A DNA stretch of 63,731 bases, the filler included, from Phoronis australis (taxonomy: Eukaryota; Animalia; Phoronida), in NCBI GenBank assembly GCA_002633005.1. It is 8 parts of 8 records of this genome, joined end to end, with 100 filler letters (N's around TTAATTAATTAA, not from the genome) between each part and the next. Parts side by side here need not be neighbours in the genome. Positions count along the whole stretch, not along the records: positions 1 to 18,581 come from NMRA01000005.1; 7 more parts are not named here. One strand, given 5' to 3'. Positions 1 through 12,883 of the stretch are shown piece after piece. The position numbers were made by a program, and so were the translations under genes. Under the pieces are notes generated by a model. That model did no database searches, had not been told where the DNA came from, and saw only the letters and a program-made list of their open reading frames with translations. Position 1 is the stretch's first letter. Each line of letters begins with the position of its first letter.

Positions 1-319
1 TAAGCTTCTTTAGGCTCTGACATCACAATTTTGTGCTGTGTGATAAACCTGGAATTATACAGGCATCACACTCCATGGGAGCAGCCATATTGAAGTAACT
101 AAGCACAACAATAAAATCTGGCTCTCTGATTGGTCAATTCAATAGAAAATCGCCATCAAGTGGCAGGAATGTGCATCATATTTTGTGCAACAAAAACACC
201 TTTTTTAAAAAAAATGTGCAAGTGTAGACGTGGGAACTTTTTGGAATTTGATTTATAGGTATATTATCTAGCCACATAGAAAAAACTAGGTTGCCCCCCC
301 AAAGTACTCACAAGGATGA

Positions 320-1770
320 ACGCTACGAGATCTGGCCCACCGACTAAATCCCTAAGAACATTGAGATTTGAAAGCGTTGGGTCGTTGCCATACACCGCGA
401 CGAAGGAAAACATGTTCGTGTAAAATTTAAATGTTTTCGAAAAGTTAGATCATATTTTGTCGCATCTCGGTTTCCAAGCATCATAGCAACGACCGGAGAA
501 TCTTCCGCCAGCCAGGATGTGTTTTAATGACTACGGATTGAAAGATGATGAATTTTTCTTTCCAAAAAGGACAGGGCCCTCAATCCCTCGATTTTGGGGC
601 AGAATATCAACCTTATACCCCTCTCAAAAATATTGAAAAATTCTTCCCCCGAAATGCCCCGGCCCCACGAGGCCTAAAAATTCCCATAGGGATAGAAGCT
701 TTCTCCGAAGTTCACTGACATCACCTGGGGGGTGCTATTGATGATGATCGGGAGGTAGATTTTTCCCCTCACTTCCTACGGCGAAAAAGTTCCCCTCTCT
801 CAGAAGGCACAGGCACCTTTTCCCTTGGATGAACGAGGCCCCTGAAGAAACATGATAACTATGCTTGCTCTGTCCAGTTAACTGAAACTGAACTCTAAAA
901 CGAGGTTATGCCTTGGACGAACGAATTAGGTGCTTTAATTTTAAAATTCAACTCGGTCCAGATTGATACTTGAAACCTAACACATAAAATAGAAGTAAGG
1001 AATTATTAAAACCAAGAAAGCAGAATTGATGGTCAAATATTTACTTGTGAATGTGTGCAAGGGAGTGAATGAGAACCTGGATATAATGCCTAAGCGCCGC
1101 GCTGTTGTCGTTAATTTTTTTCCAAAATTTATAACTTAAATGGTCAAATAACTTGTATTTTCAATTACGGGGAGACTGGTTTTTTATTTTAATCAAAATT
1201 TATTTAATAATATCAATCAGTTATTCTTTCAGATCAATGAAAAATCAACTGTTAATCCCGGTAGTTCCTACCTCACCAGGACCTAGGCTATATTCTTGAT
1301 CAACAAATGAAACCAGATGTGACTAATTGCACATGACAGCAAAATGCGATGAGCCACCACTGTCGAATATATCTTCAACTTTTACAATACAAGCAGATAA
1401 CCTGGTTCGTGTAGAAGGCATTTTTATCAACAATTTGCAAGAAGAAAAGTAACCCTACATTCAGCCTAATACCTAATCCGTAACACTACGATCGCCGCAG
1501 TCATATTTACTTTTCACGTTTGGAGTCTAGTTTTCCGAAAAAAAATAATACCCTTTCGTCAGACAACTCTTTGGTGCATTGACGTGTTCTCTAATGTACA
1601 TTGTATTTTTCTACGTCTCTGTAGTTAATTATCGACACATTTTTAAGATTTAATATCCAGGCTGCACTCGAAAGACCGGCCATTTAACTCACGCAATGTC
1701 AGCTTCCGCTTTGTTCATCGCAGTGAGCCTCGCTTTGGATTTTAATGTCCACCGCGTGAATTGTGTCTAT
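320..1770 (+). mobile_element. Non-autonomous ISL2EU-like DNA transposon, partial copy with THAP remnant (about 345-420)
   Basis: Reverse-complement homolog of 44406-46389 over about 1.4 kb. Right terminus is ...GCGTGAATTGTGTCT|AT. Degenerate THAP peptide PKNIEI*KRWVVAIHRDEG. Left terminus not found. Confidence 0.7.
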
Positions 1771-2429
1771 ACAATAAGCCTGTTTCCACTGAGCAAGACT
1801 GTATTACCTACTGGTACTGTTCACTGATCAAGCAAATAAAACCTAGGACTCAACAACTGTTGGCACAGCACTGTAAAAATCACTCCAAGGTGACACTCAT
1901 CCAGTCCTCGTCACTCACAGCATTGTCCTCGTTTATTTGGATAAAAAAATCTTATTTATAACATTTTTTAATGCAAATGCTATTCTAACGCAGAAGCCAA
2001 CGCTGTACGTTTGCAGGGTTGGACTATGATTAATTTAATTAATACGAATGTGCATGTAAACTTGTCCCTTATTCGTCAGATGCAAAGTGGGATGGCTGAT
2101 GACCTTTTACGCTATAGTCAGATGTCGCGTCAGTTGGGGCGTAAACTAAGTGAAAACGAAGCATACGTCATTGCTGACCAAACGACAACGTATTATTGGT
2201 CGCACAGTAATGGGGCTGTAACTTGACACATTTGGGAATTACATTTAGAGTCATCTCTGGCGCGCTTCGATGACTCGTTACGTGTCAAAGAAGACCCGTC
2301 AGAAGGTGACGCTAAGGGCATTTCATACAGGTTGAACCAGACGCGCACAGGCCGCTCAGGTGAGGCCAATGCCCTGATCACCTGCAATCATTTCAGGCTT
2401 CATTAATATATAGTTAAAACTGAGCTGGA

Positions 2430-2537
2430 GAACTAGAGATCGGACTCAAGGGTTTAGCAGTGTGCCTCAATGACATTCGAACCCCCCGACCTTGAGTAAA
2501 GGAAACTGACACTTGCACCACTAGGCCACACTACCTC
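2430..2537 (-). mobile_element. tRNA-derived SINE head
   Basis: Minus strand reads GGTAGTGTGGCCTAGTGG (A-box-like) ... GGTTCGAATG (B-box-like) at tRNA-like spacing. No acceptor stem. Confidence 0.5.
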
Positions 2538-2574
2538 ACGTCAATCCGAAAGTTAGAAAATTCGTTTCTGTGCG

Positions 2575-4065
2575 TAACGAGCTGAACATCAACGATGGGT
2601 CGTTATCCACATACTCTCGTATCGCTATACCTGAAGACCTGCAAGTAGACGCCTTGGACAGTGTCCATGAAGGTCATATCAGTATTACTAACTGTCGTGA
2701 GCAGCCACCCGCCTCCGTTCGGTGACATGCCATATCCTCGGCAATTACAGAAACTTAGAAGAGTTGCACAGTTTGTGAGAAGTGCCAACCATATCAGACG
2801 AAAGAGTCATTACTTAAATCGCAGTTTCGATGTTGTTCATTTCACCAAGTCTCAGCCGATCTTTGCGATTTAAAGGCACACGGTATTTTCTACTCCTCCG
2901 TAATCACTCCAGTTATCTTCAAATTGGTTTCCTTTCAAGCATCCCGAATGAACAGGTGACTGGGAAGATGAAGAATATACTTACCCACCATGGCACTGAA
3001 ACGTTTGCATCTTCTGCATGAGCTTGAGGGCTTTGCCGTTCATTATGGTTTCCATCATTTGACCAGGGCCCGGTCTCTAATCTTTGTACTCGAAACGAAC
3101 TCGAAACTATTTTTGGCAATTTTTCTGCTCCTTTTGAGCGAACTTAAGATAATTGGTTATCAGACTGTGCTCGAATACATTATAGTTTATGCATAGGAGT
3201 TTCTAGTTCAAGTTTGCCCTTGAAGACCCTTATATTCATGCTACAAACTCGAGTAAAAACTCGAAATTTCGAGTTCAAACTCGAACTTATTGCTTCAATA
3301 TTGGGTTTACAAACTGTGAACTTAGGGCAATAAATTATCTACGTAAGTTATTGTGTACTCGAGCATAGAATAATAGACACTTATCTTGAGTTCGCCCAAA
3401 AGTAGAGTAGAAAATGCCAAACCTAATTTCGAGTTCCATTTCGAGTAAAAAGATTGGAGACCGGGCCCAGACCTATTCATCATTCTCAAGGAAACAGCGT
3501 TGTAGCAGAAAGAGTAGCGCGTGAAGTTCAGACAAATCTCGTTCAATATGACCCAATTCTTGTTCTTTTGGTTCACCGCTGAACACCTTCCACGACGACG
3601 CCTGTTTGTACTGTTGAGCTTGCAATAAAAACTTCGAATTCGAAATCGTCTACCAGCTCTCGCTGATGATTTGCGTCTGAATGTGCAGGACGATCAACGG
3701 ATCAACTTCAAAAAAAGACGCCTTTATAAGCGGCTTGTTGTCAATTCTGCTGCCTTATGAGATGATAGTACAGAAGCTTAGTGGAGACAAAATCTTGACG
3801 ATCCCCTCCAAATTCACAAAACAAGTCGGTCCTCGATCGTACGTAACAGAGATGCCCACTGATGAGAGGTACCACAGAAATTGCGTCATCATGAAACCAG
3901 TCAGAGCTAACCGATATGCACTTGATTCCTGTGCTGTGACCGACGGCCCTTCTTGTGTGTCAGATGGTGCTACACGACTTGCGTCGACCCACTTTTTCTC
4001 TCAAACGGCAAACGACTATATGCAGGTAGCGGCCAAGTTGTAAGAACCTCGATGGTTAAAAGACT
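2575..4065 (+). pseudogene. Decayed Gypsy/Ty3 LTR retrotransposon pol (integrase region)
   Basis: Frameshifted peptides IAIPEDLQVDALDSVHEGHISITNCR (integrase Zn-finger His pair), KMKNILTHHG, HSQGNSVVAERV, VGPRSYVTEM...YHRN and terminal PRWLKD. Interrupted by the 3067-3467 MITE. Confidence 0.7.
3067..3467. mobile_element. PIF/Harbinger-type MITE
   Basis: TIR GGCCCGGTCTC(T/C)AATCTTT with imperfect inverted arms of about 120 bp. CAG directly flanks both ends (3064-3066 and 3468-3470), a CWG-type TSD. Confidence 0.8.
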
Positions 4066-4519
4066 GCGAACACTCTTTAAAGGCCCATGCATGTAAACTC
4101 TATGGTTTGTTTTAAGCAATGGTTTCGTATTAGATGTAATCCGAATTGTCCGTACTGTTTGGAAGTTGAGACAAATCTTAGACTTAAGTAAAACGAACTC
4201 AGTAAGTCAGTTTCGTGGAACGGGTCCCTGAACTGCATCACAATGAACGTGTAGGTGTATATCGCCTAGCAAAGTAAGTCAGCAGTTTAATTATTTATAA
4301 ATTACTATGAAATCCAATGCAGTGTGTTAAGGGTAAACATGATGACACAGAATCAACTGTCCTTTGTCGGCCACGCTGATGCATTCCGTACTGTTGTTTA
4401 ACGCGACACGTAATCATACGGTCAAGCGTCAAAGCTAACATCAGACGGAGCCCCGCCTAGTCGTTGGTATTGATAAGCAAACGCTGGTGGTTGTCAATAG
4501 AGTGCTTCAGCTGAACACG

Positions 4520-5165
4520 TTAAAGGAGAATGTCACCCAAAAAACAACCTATTTTGTATCAATTTAAATCCAGTAGTTCCACGGAAAATAGCAAGTACCG
4601 CTCTATTACCTGACAGCTGACAGAGGTGTTGAAGTTAACCAATGACGTCAGAGGTTCGAATGCAGTCTGTTCAGCAGTTCACAACATGCGCGTTTTCTGG
4701 TGTTACCTTATCGCTTGAATTCATCGCTTTACACTAATAAATCATCAAAATTCTATGTAAAACCCTTACAAAAACAATGGTTATTAAACAAGGGTGTTAT
4801 TTTGTTTCAGTGTTACGGATTTTAGGTATTTGACCGTACCATAGCCTACAAAGTTCGGTAGGCCAATTTACCGCAAGGTCGGTCTCGGGAGTTTGGGGTC
4901 TGTTTGGTGATAAATTCAAATTATTCTTCCGTGAAATACAGACAGGAGAACATAGATGCGTGTTGTTATTTTAGACTTGCGATTTTTTCAGCTCTAAACA
5001 TACAAAACGCTTGCTATCCCGGTCATTGGGTCGGAACCCGACCAGTCCCATCGCGGCCGGATTGAAGACATAAACCAGCCAGAGTTGGAAACTAAACTTC
5101 CAGCCTCGAAAAACTATACTAGTGAGCCAAAGAAAAAATGATTATTTTGGTGAATTATCCTCAAA
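4520..5165. mobile_element. Possible Kolobok-type (TTAA-specific) terminal segment
   Basis: Begins TTAA|AGGAGAATGTCACCCAAAA. Only a degenerate inverted counterpart (TTTTGGTGAATTATCCTCAAAA) near 5145-5166. Confidence 0.35.
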
Positions 5166-5711
5166 ACTGCAAATCTACTTACTAGCCCGTCGGGGGCCGC
5201 GAAGTCAGGTTACCATTCCACAGAACCGTCAGGGCAAAAGTTGTACAGTAACAATGATTCGAATATACTATAAGAATATCTAAATGAAGATTCTCTTGAC
5301 CTTAGCATATTGTTACAACAGCTTTCTGTCAGCATGCGCTCACACGACCTCGCTGCCCGCGGTTAATTAGCCGGTTTATTGCATCTAAAGCCGGTGATTT
5401 ATTCAATGCTGGCTTTTCAAAACATTTGCACTCACGAACACAGGCATTACAAATGGTATCTAATGAGACAGACTTTGATATAAACATTGGTTAGGGTGAG
5501 AATAATTTATTTTGAAACAGAACGCACATTATAAACGTCAGCGTGGCAACTCGCAATCCCGACTTAGACGAGTGCTCATCCGACGAAGACTTCACAGGTC
5601 AATTGTTAGTTTTCACAGGAATACACTGATCAAGAAATAACGGAGAGAGTCCGTGAACGTGCACAGGCAACGGAACATATGAATAAGTCCTAAAACCGTT
5701 TGAACATGTCA

Positions 5712-5950
5712 TGGTGTCAGTGAGCTAACTGCACGATAATGGAACCACTGGCACTTGCGTTTGCTGCCACGAAATTCCGAAAGTGAAGCGAATTCTTGGA
5801 GAAGCGCAGATGTGTCTCACGGACCATCCTGATTTTGTACCGCATCTAAAAAGGTGTGTTTACGACGCTTTTTAGAGCTGAGAAAAAAAGCGGCGAAAGC
5901 ATTCTACACCTGGAGCCGGGACCAACCAGAACGAGCCAGTCATCGAACAG
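5712..5950 (+). pseudogene. P2X7 C-terminal/nanor-like Cys-rich domain remnant (KolX-like protein of Kolobok transposons)
   Basis: With one stop and one frameshift reads WCQ*ANCTIMEPLAL-CVCCHEIPKVKRILGEAQMCLTDHPDF, matching the recalled WCxCxxCxxM...CCxE...CxTxHxxF pattern. Confidence 0.6.
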
Positions 5951-6099
5951 GTTAAATAAAACGTTATGTTCACACGCCTTGAATTAATTGTAATTGTTTA
6001 TGTTTTCATGGCCAGCTACAATTCTCCATAATCAAAAACTGATCACTGAACAACCGATCCGACAACGCGCAGGTCACTGACAGACACGGAGAAGTTTCA

Positions 6100-6268
6100 T
6101 GGCCTCATACTTGGTATTAACGGCGTACTTTCATTCTTCACTTCCGCGAGCCACTTCCGAAACATTGTGGTCTCTCTAGGCTATCGAAAACAACGAGATA
6201 CGCGCTTTCCTCGCAGCTTCATAGTTCGCACAAGCGGGAACGATACACCACACCATAGCGGCACTCAT
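6100..6268 (-). pseudogene. THAP zinc-finger remnant (transposase N-terminus)
   Basis: MSAAMVWCIVPACANYEAARKARISL-FR*PRETTMFRKWLAEVKNE: C-x4-C, F..P and W motifs of THAP, with a frameshift and a stop. Confidence 0.65.
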
Positions 6269-7091
6269 TTTGTCGAACTGACGTCGCTGCGTCGTTTCTT
6301 ACATTCCTCACAGCCTGGTTAAAGCGACACCTCTCGGCGAGGTAAAATCGACCGTATTAGAAGTCATGCGGATATAGACCGATTAAGACGGTAAAAAAGA
6401 CTAATTAAATCGCGAACGCGAACGCGAACGTGTGAGTCACCAGAAATCACAGCGTCAGAAGAGAGGTGCGGGTGCGGGAAATAGGTGGTGAGCCAGGGGA
6501 AGGGCCAAAGAAGCAGCAACCGAGGTGGGCATCATTATATTCTTTCCTGGTGAAAACGCCCCAGGAATAAAAAATCCTAGCTCTCATTCTTCCTGAAGCC
6601 TAAGGTGATTTGAGCAAATATGCAGAAAAACGTTGTCAGTGCTAAATTCATGAACTCTCAGTAATCCTTTTGGTTTTGAATATCTCTAATCAAAGCATTC
6701 TTCCCATTTGCTTTCATGAAATATTATACCGAATTTGAGGTGTTTTGGCACACAAGTCACCATTTACCACTCGATTGCTGTATTTCTGAGACAAATCCGC
6801 GACTCGAAGAGCGAGGGAAGATTAGAACAAATGAAATATTTCAAATCAATCAATGGTAAAATCATGCAATAAGCTGCACCGGCTCCAGCGTCACTTAGCT
6901 TAGACATGAAAACTTGCTTAAACATAACTCAAGTTGTACACGTACACGTTGTTATAGTCCGTGTGACAAGACTGCAAACGCGAAAATATAGCTCAACATT
7001 GTGACGCAGTAAGCAAAGAATGCCGACCCCACACGTTCGTGTTCGCAATTGACGTCGTGTGGGTAAAGCTTTCTATGATCATATTACGTAC

Positions 7092-7370
7092 GTGTTCTCG
7101 TTGTCTGACTCTGCAGCGTTGCTTGAGTGTCATCCCAGCCCAGTCTTCTGGTAGCAACTCGCACAGTATACATGACGCCGGCCGAAAGGCCAGTGCAGGT
7201 CCCCGTACGGTCCCACTTCCCCAAGTTTATACTAAACCCGATAACGAGTGGATCTGGGTGGTCGCACTTCAGGTTATAGCCCCCTCTGCTATTTGTAGCA
7301 TGGTTCCAAGTCACCGTAAGACTGTTAGACGTCCGATTACTTACTGCCAAAGCAAGAACTTGGTCAAGTT
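7092..7370 (-). CDS. Fibronectin type III exon 4 of a secreted or cell-surface FN3-repeat protein
   Basis: Acceptor TTACAG and donor GTACGT, 279 bp, phase 1-1. LAVSNRTSNSLTVTW...YNLKC...CTGLSAGVMYTVRV. Confidence 0.85.
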
Positions 7371-7504
7371 CTGTAAGGAAGCCAACAGAGGTCATGCATG
7401 TTTCGCAGATCGGCACCTATACCACAAAATACTGAACACAGGCTTACGTTTTTACGCGGTAGAGGTTCTGCAAAGCATCTACATGGATACAAGTTGCAGA
7501 ATTC

Positions 7505-7745
7505 ACGAGGAAAATTTAGTTACGTTCGTGCAAGATTACTATATACATATCCACGAACGTAGTGCTGAAGTAACGAGGCAAGGTTTGACTTAGTTAGTGC
7601 AAGTACATGTATATCTAAGTAAGGTGCGGAAGTCACGAGGCAATGTCTATGTAAGGTGCTGAAATCACGAGAAAAAGTTTGCTTATACTAGTGCAGGTAT
7701 ATCTACGTAAGGTGCTGAAGTAACGAGGGAAAGTTTAGTTACACC
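7505..7745. repeat. Degenerate intronic minisatellite
   Basis: Recurring GTAAGGTGCTGAAGT(A/C)ACGAGG...AAGTTT...TAGTGCA units, about 4-5 copies. Confidence 0.6.
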
Positions 7746-7921
7746 ATAGATTACCAGCAAAGTGTTTATTCTGTGGTTACACTAACTCTGTCGATGGTCT
7801 CAGTCTTCTCTCGTGAACGGTCAACTAGCAAGTGGAACATAATTTGGAAAAACGACATCATACAAAAACAATGTATTGTCCGATGCCGATATGGCTTGTG
7901 CCATTTTCGTTTGACTCCCTC

Positions 7922-8256
7922 CAGTGGCGGATGTAGAGGGGAGGGGGACGGGGCCAAGAGGGCCATGCCCCCACCTCCCCCTAAAATTCTCCCAGATACC
8001 GTTTGGCAGTACGGGGTGCGAATTGCTGACTGGCATATGCGCGCACCCAGAGGGGCTCGGGGGACGAATTCACAACGGATAGGCCTTGAACAAACCAGTT
8101 TACCTTTTATCTTTTTAGTAATAAGGTCCACAAGCCTAAAAATTTGAGACAACTGCATCCCTACATTTTAGGGTGGGCGCGCACTATTGTCGAAATTCTG
8201 GTTATTCCTGTGTCCTGGCCCCTCCCTCCTAACTCAAAATCCTGGATCTGACCCTG
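7922..8256. mobile_element. CAG-ended MITE (hAT-like, probable 5-bp TSD)
   Basis: Ends CAGTGGCGGAT / ATCTGACCCTG. Flanks CCCTC / CTCTC (one mismatch). Relatives at 45201-45322 and, inverted, at 53029-53290. Confidence 0.7.
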
Positions 8257-8305
8257 CTCTCTGAAGCCTAATCAACAGTAAAACAGCGACTAACGCACCA
8301 CATAC

Positions 8306-8575
8306 TTGTGGTAGCTGTCAGGCCTTCCGAGCCAACTTGCTCAAACCCAGCAAGTCCTGTCCAGACTTTCACTGTGTAATTAGTTCCTGGTGTGAGTTTG
8401 TTGCACGTGGCACCGAGCTGGTGCTCGCCTACCTCACTCCTCCCCGGCGCGCCGCCATCTGACGTGTAGCACATCAGTGTATACTTGTCCTTAAATCCTT
8501 TCGCCTTGGTCCACCGGACACTGATGCTTGTGGGCGTTCTAGTGGTGACCATTAAGTTAGTCACGGGAAACAAAC
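8306..8575 (-). CDS. Fibronectin type III exon 3
   Basis: Acceptor TACAG and donor GTATGT, 270 bp, phase 1-1. PVTNLMVTTRTPTSISVRW...YTLMC...CNKLTPGTNYTVKV. Confidence 0.88.
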
Positions 8576-9194
8576 CTGTAATCACGCGGAAAAGGATAAT
8601 AAAATCCGAGCGCCATTGCATTGCTATTCATACGACTGTGTTTGATGGGACCCCTTCCGGTCCTGCCTTGTTGTATTGTCGGCTGCGAATTCAACTGTTA
8701 AACTTACAACTCATTGTCTAGTTTATCTGGCGGAGAGGTGCTAATACTTGAGTTACTATGTAGACAAAAATCAACTTCGCATTTAGCATTATTCATTACA
8801 TCTTCATTTTCGTTTCACTAATTGGAACATTGCATTGACCAAAAATGAGCAATATAGACATGCGAAGGTACAGCAACTGAATATTCATCAACATTTAACA
8901 GACTGATGTATTTTTAGTTTAAAACCATAAATTGGTTATTTTTTGTCAATTGCAGTGTTCCAATTATTGTAAAGAAAATGAAGATCTTGTGCTTCCAAAA
9001 GTGTCACCGTTCATTGTAAATGTCTTTTTTCTTCAACGCGGAGAAAGGTCGTAGGAGGCAAGAGATACGAAATTGTTGGGGGACAAGAGGATCTTAAATT
9101 GACTGGGGTGAAATTATTTTATTGGCACCTTTGTGTGGGTCTGATTTTGATATAGGATAAGTATTTCGGTTAAAGTTAACGAAAACTAATCCAG

Positions 9195-9380
9195 AATTGA
9201 CCTATCGCTAGGATTTTGAGTGCCGTCTGAACTGACCAACCAGAATGTAGGCTAAGCATTCTTGACACACCGTCGTTTCCAAGTCACCATTTTATCCGAC
9301 AAACAACACGTTGCTGGGGGAAAACTTATTGTTTGTTTGTCGACATTTTGCAAGGGGGTGGAGCTTGCTATAGGTCAATT
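9195..9380. mobile_element. MITE of about 185 bp, copy 1
   Basis: TIR AATTGACCTAT / ATAGGTCAATT. Homologous copy at 16236-16413. Confidence 0.75.
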
Positions 9381-9449
9381 GAGGTCCGCTTGTGGCCATT
9401 ACATTTTCTTACTATTTTCCTCATAATCTCTACTTCACACACTTTTGTT

Positions 9450-12400
9450 GGGTTGTGGTATTCTAACACAGGGTTAGATGTAGTTAGTCAGTAGCTTAGT
9501 GTAGATTAGTTGCTTCAACTTCCTGGCTTTCAGATACAGCTGTCGACTAGCCTTTGGACAAAAGGGAAGGCTGAGCGCGTAAGCTCTTCCCTGTTGACAT
9601 TTATCTGCCTCTAATCAACACTTTTTCAGTACGTCCTCATGGTACAACATAGTAGCTGAGCACATTACAACCCCAGACTAATCTGCAAGGTATCTCAGTA
9701 CAGGATGGAGCCCTAGAGGTGCAAGTGTGCATGGCCCAACGGTGTGTGGATATGCTCTGCTTCTCACCAATCTACCACCAGCTACTGGGTCAAAATGCTA
9801 GGTAGACTGGGCCCGTTAGCCTCGGTTGGTAGCCAGTCTAGGAGAAGTAAAAGTCTGAATATAAAAGCATTTTGCCTTCCCAGGGTTAACTGGGTTGGAT
9901 GCAAGGCCAACACCCTTGCTCTGTAAAAAACACTTCTTGTTAAAGAAACCTCAGTGATTGAAACAAATCGGACTGATCAAACCGGACAACCGATCAGGCT
10001 TAGCGTGAGGCAAGTTACAAGACAGGACTCGCGAAACCTGTCTTGTAAATTGATTTCACATAAAAGGACAATGAGAATTAGTGCTTGGAATGTGCGCACC
10101 GTGCGAGAGGTTGGAAGATGCGCCCAAGTTACCAAGGAGATAAACGACCATAAACTCTCTATACTAGGACTCAGCGAGGTACGCTGGAACACTTTTGGAC
10201 AGATGAGATTACAGACAGGAGAGACCATCCTATACTCCGGGAAGGCCAGTGAAGACAACATCCATGAACACGGAGTGGGTTTGCTGCTAAGCAAACATGC
10301 TGCTGATAGTTTAATTGAATGGCTCATGACTGCAGGGTTTGCATCAAGTTTTCAGAGAATCTCAGTTATGCAGTGCTACGCTCCTACAAATGCTGCAACT
10401 GCGGACGAGAAGGAGGAATTCTATAACAAACTACAAGCTGTGGTGGATAGGATACCAAGTCGTGATGTTCTTATTGTGATGGAAGACCTGAACGCCAAGA
10501 TACATGTAGGCTCAGACAATACAGGTAGAGAACGACAAATGGGCTGTCATGGATTGGTTGCTATGAATGAAAATGGGGAACTGTTTGGTGACTCCTGTGC
10601 CAACAAAAATCTTGTCATTGCAGGTTCAATCTTTCCCCATAAAGAAAGTCACATGGCCATCACCAGACGGACTTACAATTAACCAGATTGACCATTTTGC
10701 GGTGCATTAGCGATGGAGAAGAACACTTGAAGACGCCCGTGTCAAACACAGCGCAGGCATAGGCTCAGATCATCACCTAGTAGTTGCCGGATTGAAAGTC
10801 AAGCTGTCCAGACCAAGTACAACGTCGACAAACTCAAGGAAAATGAAACCCGACGTGAATTCCGACTTAGGCTTACGAACGAATCCGAGGCACTAAAATC
10901 TGAGACCCCAGATCCTACATGTAGTATGAAGCAAATGTGGAAAAGACTCAAAGATTCTTACAATGGAGCATGCGAAGAGATTCTTGGTATGCTCAGGAAG
11001 AACCAAAAGGTATGGGTGACCGAGGACAACTAGTCAAAGATTGAACAACGGAAACATCTAAAGAAGAATCTCCGTCATGCAAAAACACGACTGCAGAAAC
11101 ATAATGCTCTACAGGAATATGAACATGTGGCTAAGGTAGTTAAACAGAACATCAGAAAAGACAAACTTCAGCACCTTGAGGAGATTGCAGTGAAATGCGA
11201 TATCAAGACTCTTTGCTCTACAACCAAGTTGCTTAGCGGGAGTCGTTTTACCTCAGCTAAGACACTCAAGGATGAAGACCGAAAACTTATCACTGATATT
11301 GAGAGACAGTTGGAATTTTGGAGACATCATTTTTCTAGCGTATTGAACAATCCCGCGCCCTTCGATCCCCCCAATCCAGAAAGCAGTGGACGATTTAGAC
11401 ATATCGACCTCCAAGATCAATAGAGCTGAAATACAAAGTGTCATTAAAGCTATGAAAACTGGAAAGGCACCGGTCCTGGACAACATACCACCAGAAGCTA
11501 TTCGCGATGGAGGCCCCTCTCAGTCACCATCCCTCATGCCCTGCTGAACGAGATATGGAGAGATGAAACCCTGTCCGAGGATTGGAAGAAAGGACTTTTA
11601 ATAAAGTTGCCAAAGAAGGTAAAACTTCCACACACTAGGAATTGGCTAGGTATCACTGTCCTCTCTATTCCTAGCAAAATCTTTACTAAGATCCTTCTCA
11701 CCAGAATTAAGGACACCGTAGACACCTGACTTCGGGATGAACAGGCAACATTTCACCAAAAGCGCTCATGTACAAACCAGATTGCAACTCTAAGAATCAT
11801 AATCGAACAATCAATTGAGTGGAATTCCTCCCTCCACATGACTTTTATGTTAGACTTTCGTAAGGCTTTGATAGTATTTATCGAAACGTTACCTGGAAGA
11901 GTCTAAGGCACTATAGTATACCCGTGAAAATTGTCAGACTAGTTACAAAACTTCACGAAGACTTTACATGTCAGGTGTTGCATGAAGGACAGCTGACTCA
12001 ACCGTTCCCTGTTAATTCAGGTGTCAGAAAAGGGTGCAGTCTCTCTCCTTTACTGTTCCTAATAGTATTGGACTGGGTTACCAGAGTTGTTTTTTCGGGC
12101 CAACCAGCAGGAAACCAATGGACATTTACGAAACGATTAGATGACCTGCAGTATGCAAATGTCTTCTGTCACACCGCTTCCAAGACTTGTTTAGAAGGAC
12201 AGCCGCGCTGTCAGAGACTGCTAAACGAGTAGGTCTTTCCATCAACACCGAGAAGACTAAGACGGTGCGCATACATAGTAGACAAGTAAATAATGTTATC
12301 CTGGATGGTGAAGAGATTGAAAACGTCTCAGAATTTACTTATCTGGGAAGTGTCGTTAGCATAAGTGCTCGTCAGGCACACGCTATGCTAAAGCCTGTAT

Positions 12401-12883
12401 GGCGCTCAAAGACCTACTCACTCAAGTTAAGAATCTTCAACTGTAATGTGATGTCTGTTCTTCTTTACGATTCAGAGACGTGGAGACTTACAAAAACATT
12501 GGTTAATAGAGTCTAGGTCTCCGTAAATAGATGTCTGCGACAAATCTTACAGATTAAATGGTTGGATAGAATGACAAATGAAGAGATTTGGCGAAAAACT
12601 TGGCATGAGAGGGTAGAGACTCAGATAAAGCGGCGAAAATGGATGCGGGTTGCACGCACCCTCAGAAAACCTGACGAAAGCATCACAAAACAAGCCCTGT
12701 CCTGGAACTCGCAGGGAAGTCGACGAAGAGGCAGACCAGTCCAAACCTGGAAATGAACAATGGAAGTGGAACTTCGTGAAACCGGATACAACATGTAGCA
12801 AATAAGACAGATGACGAACAACAGGATTCGATGGCGCTCTGTCACAGAGGCCCTATCCATCACGGAGTAGCAAGGGATTTAAG
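9450..12883 (+). mobile_element. Near full-length, decayed RTE-clade LINE (AP endonuclease plus reverse transcriptase)
   Basis: Endonuclease motifs WNVRT, LGLSEVRW, CYAPT, DLNAK, SDH. RT motifs KAPVLDNIP, GVRKGCSLSPLLF, LDDLQYA, FTYLGS, RRRGRP. Many stops and frameshifts. Candidate TSD CACACTTTT(T)GTT at 9438-9449 and 12884-12896, and a TAAG 3' end. Lies antisense in the intron between FN3 exons 2 and 3. Confidence 0.92.
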
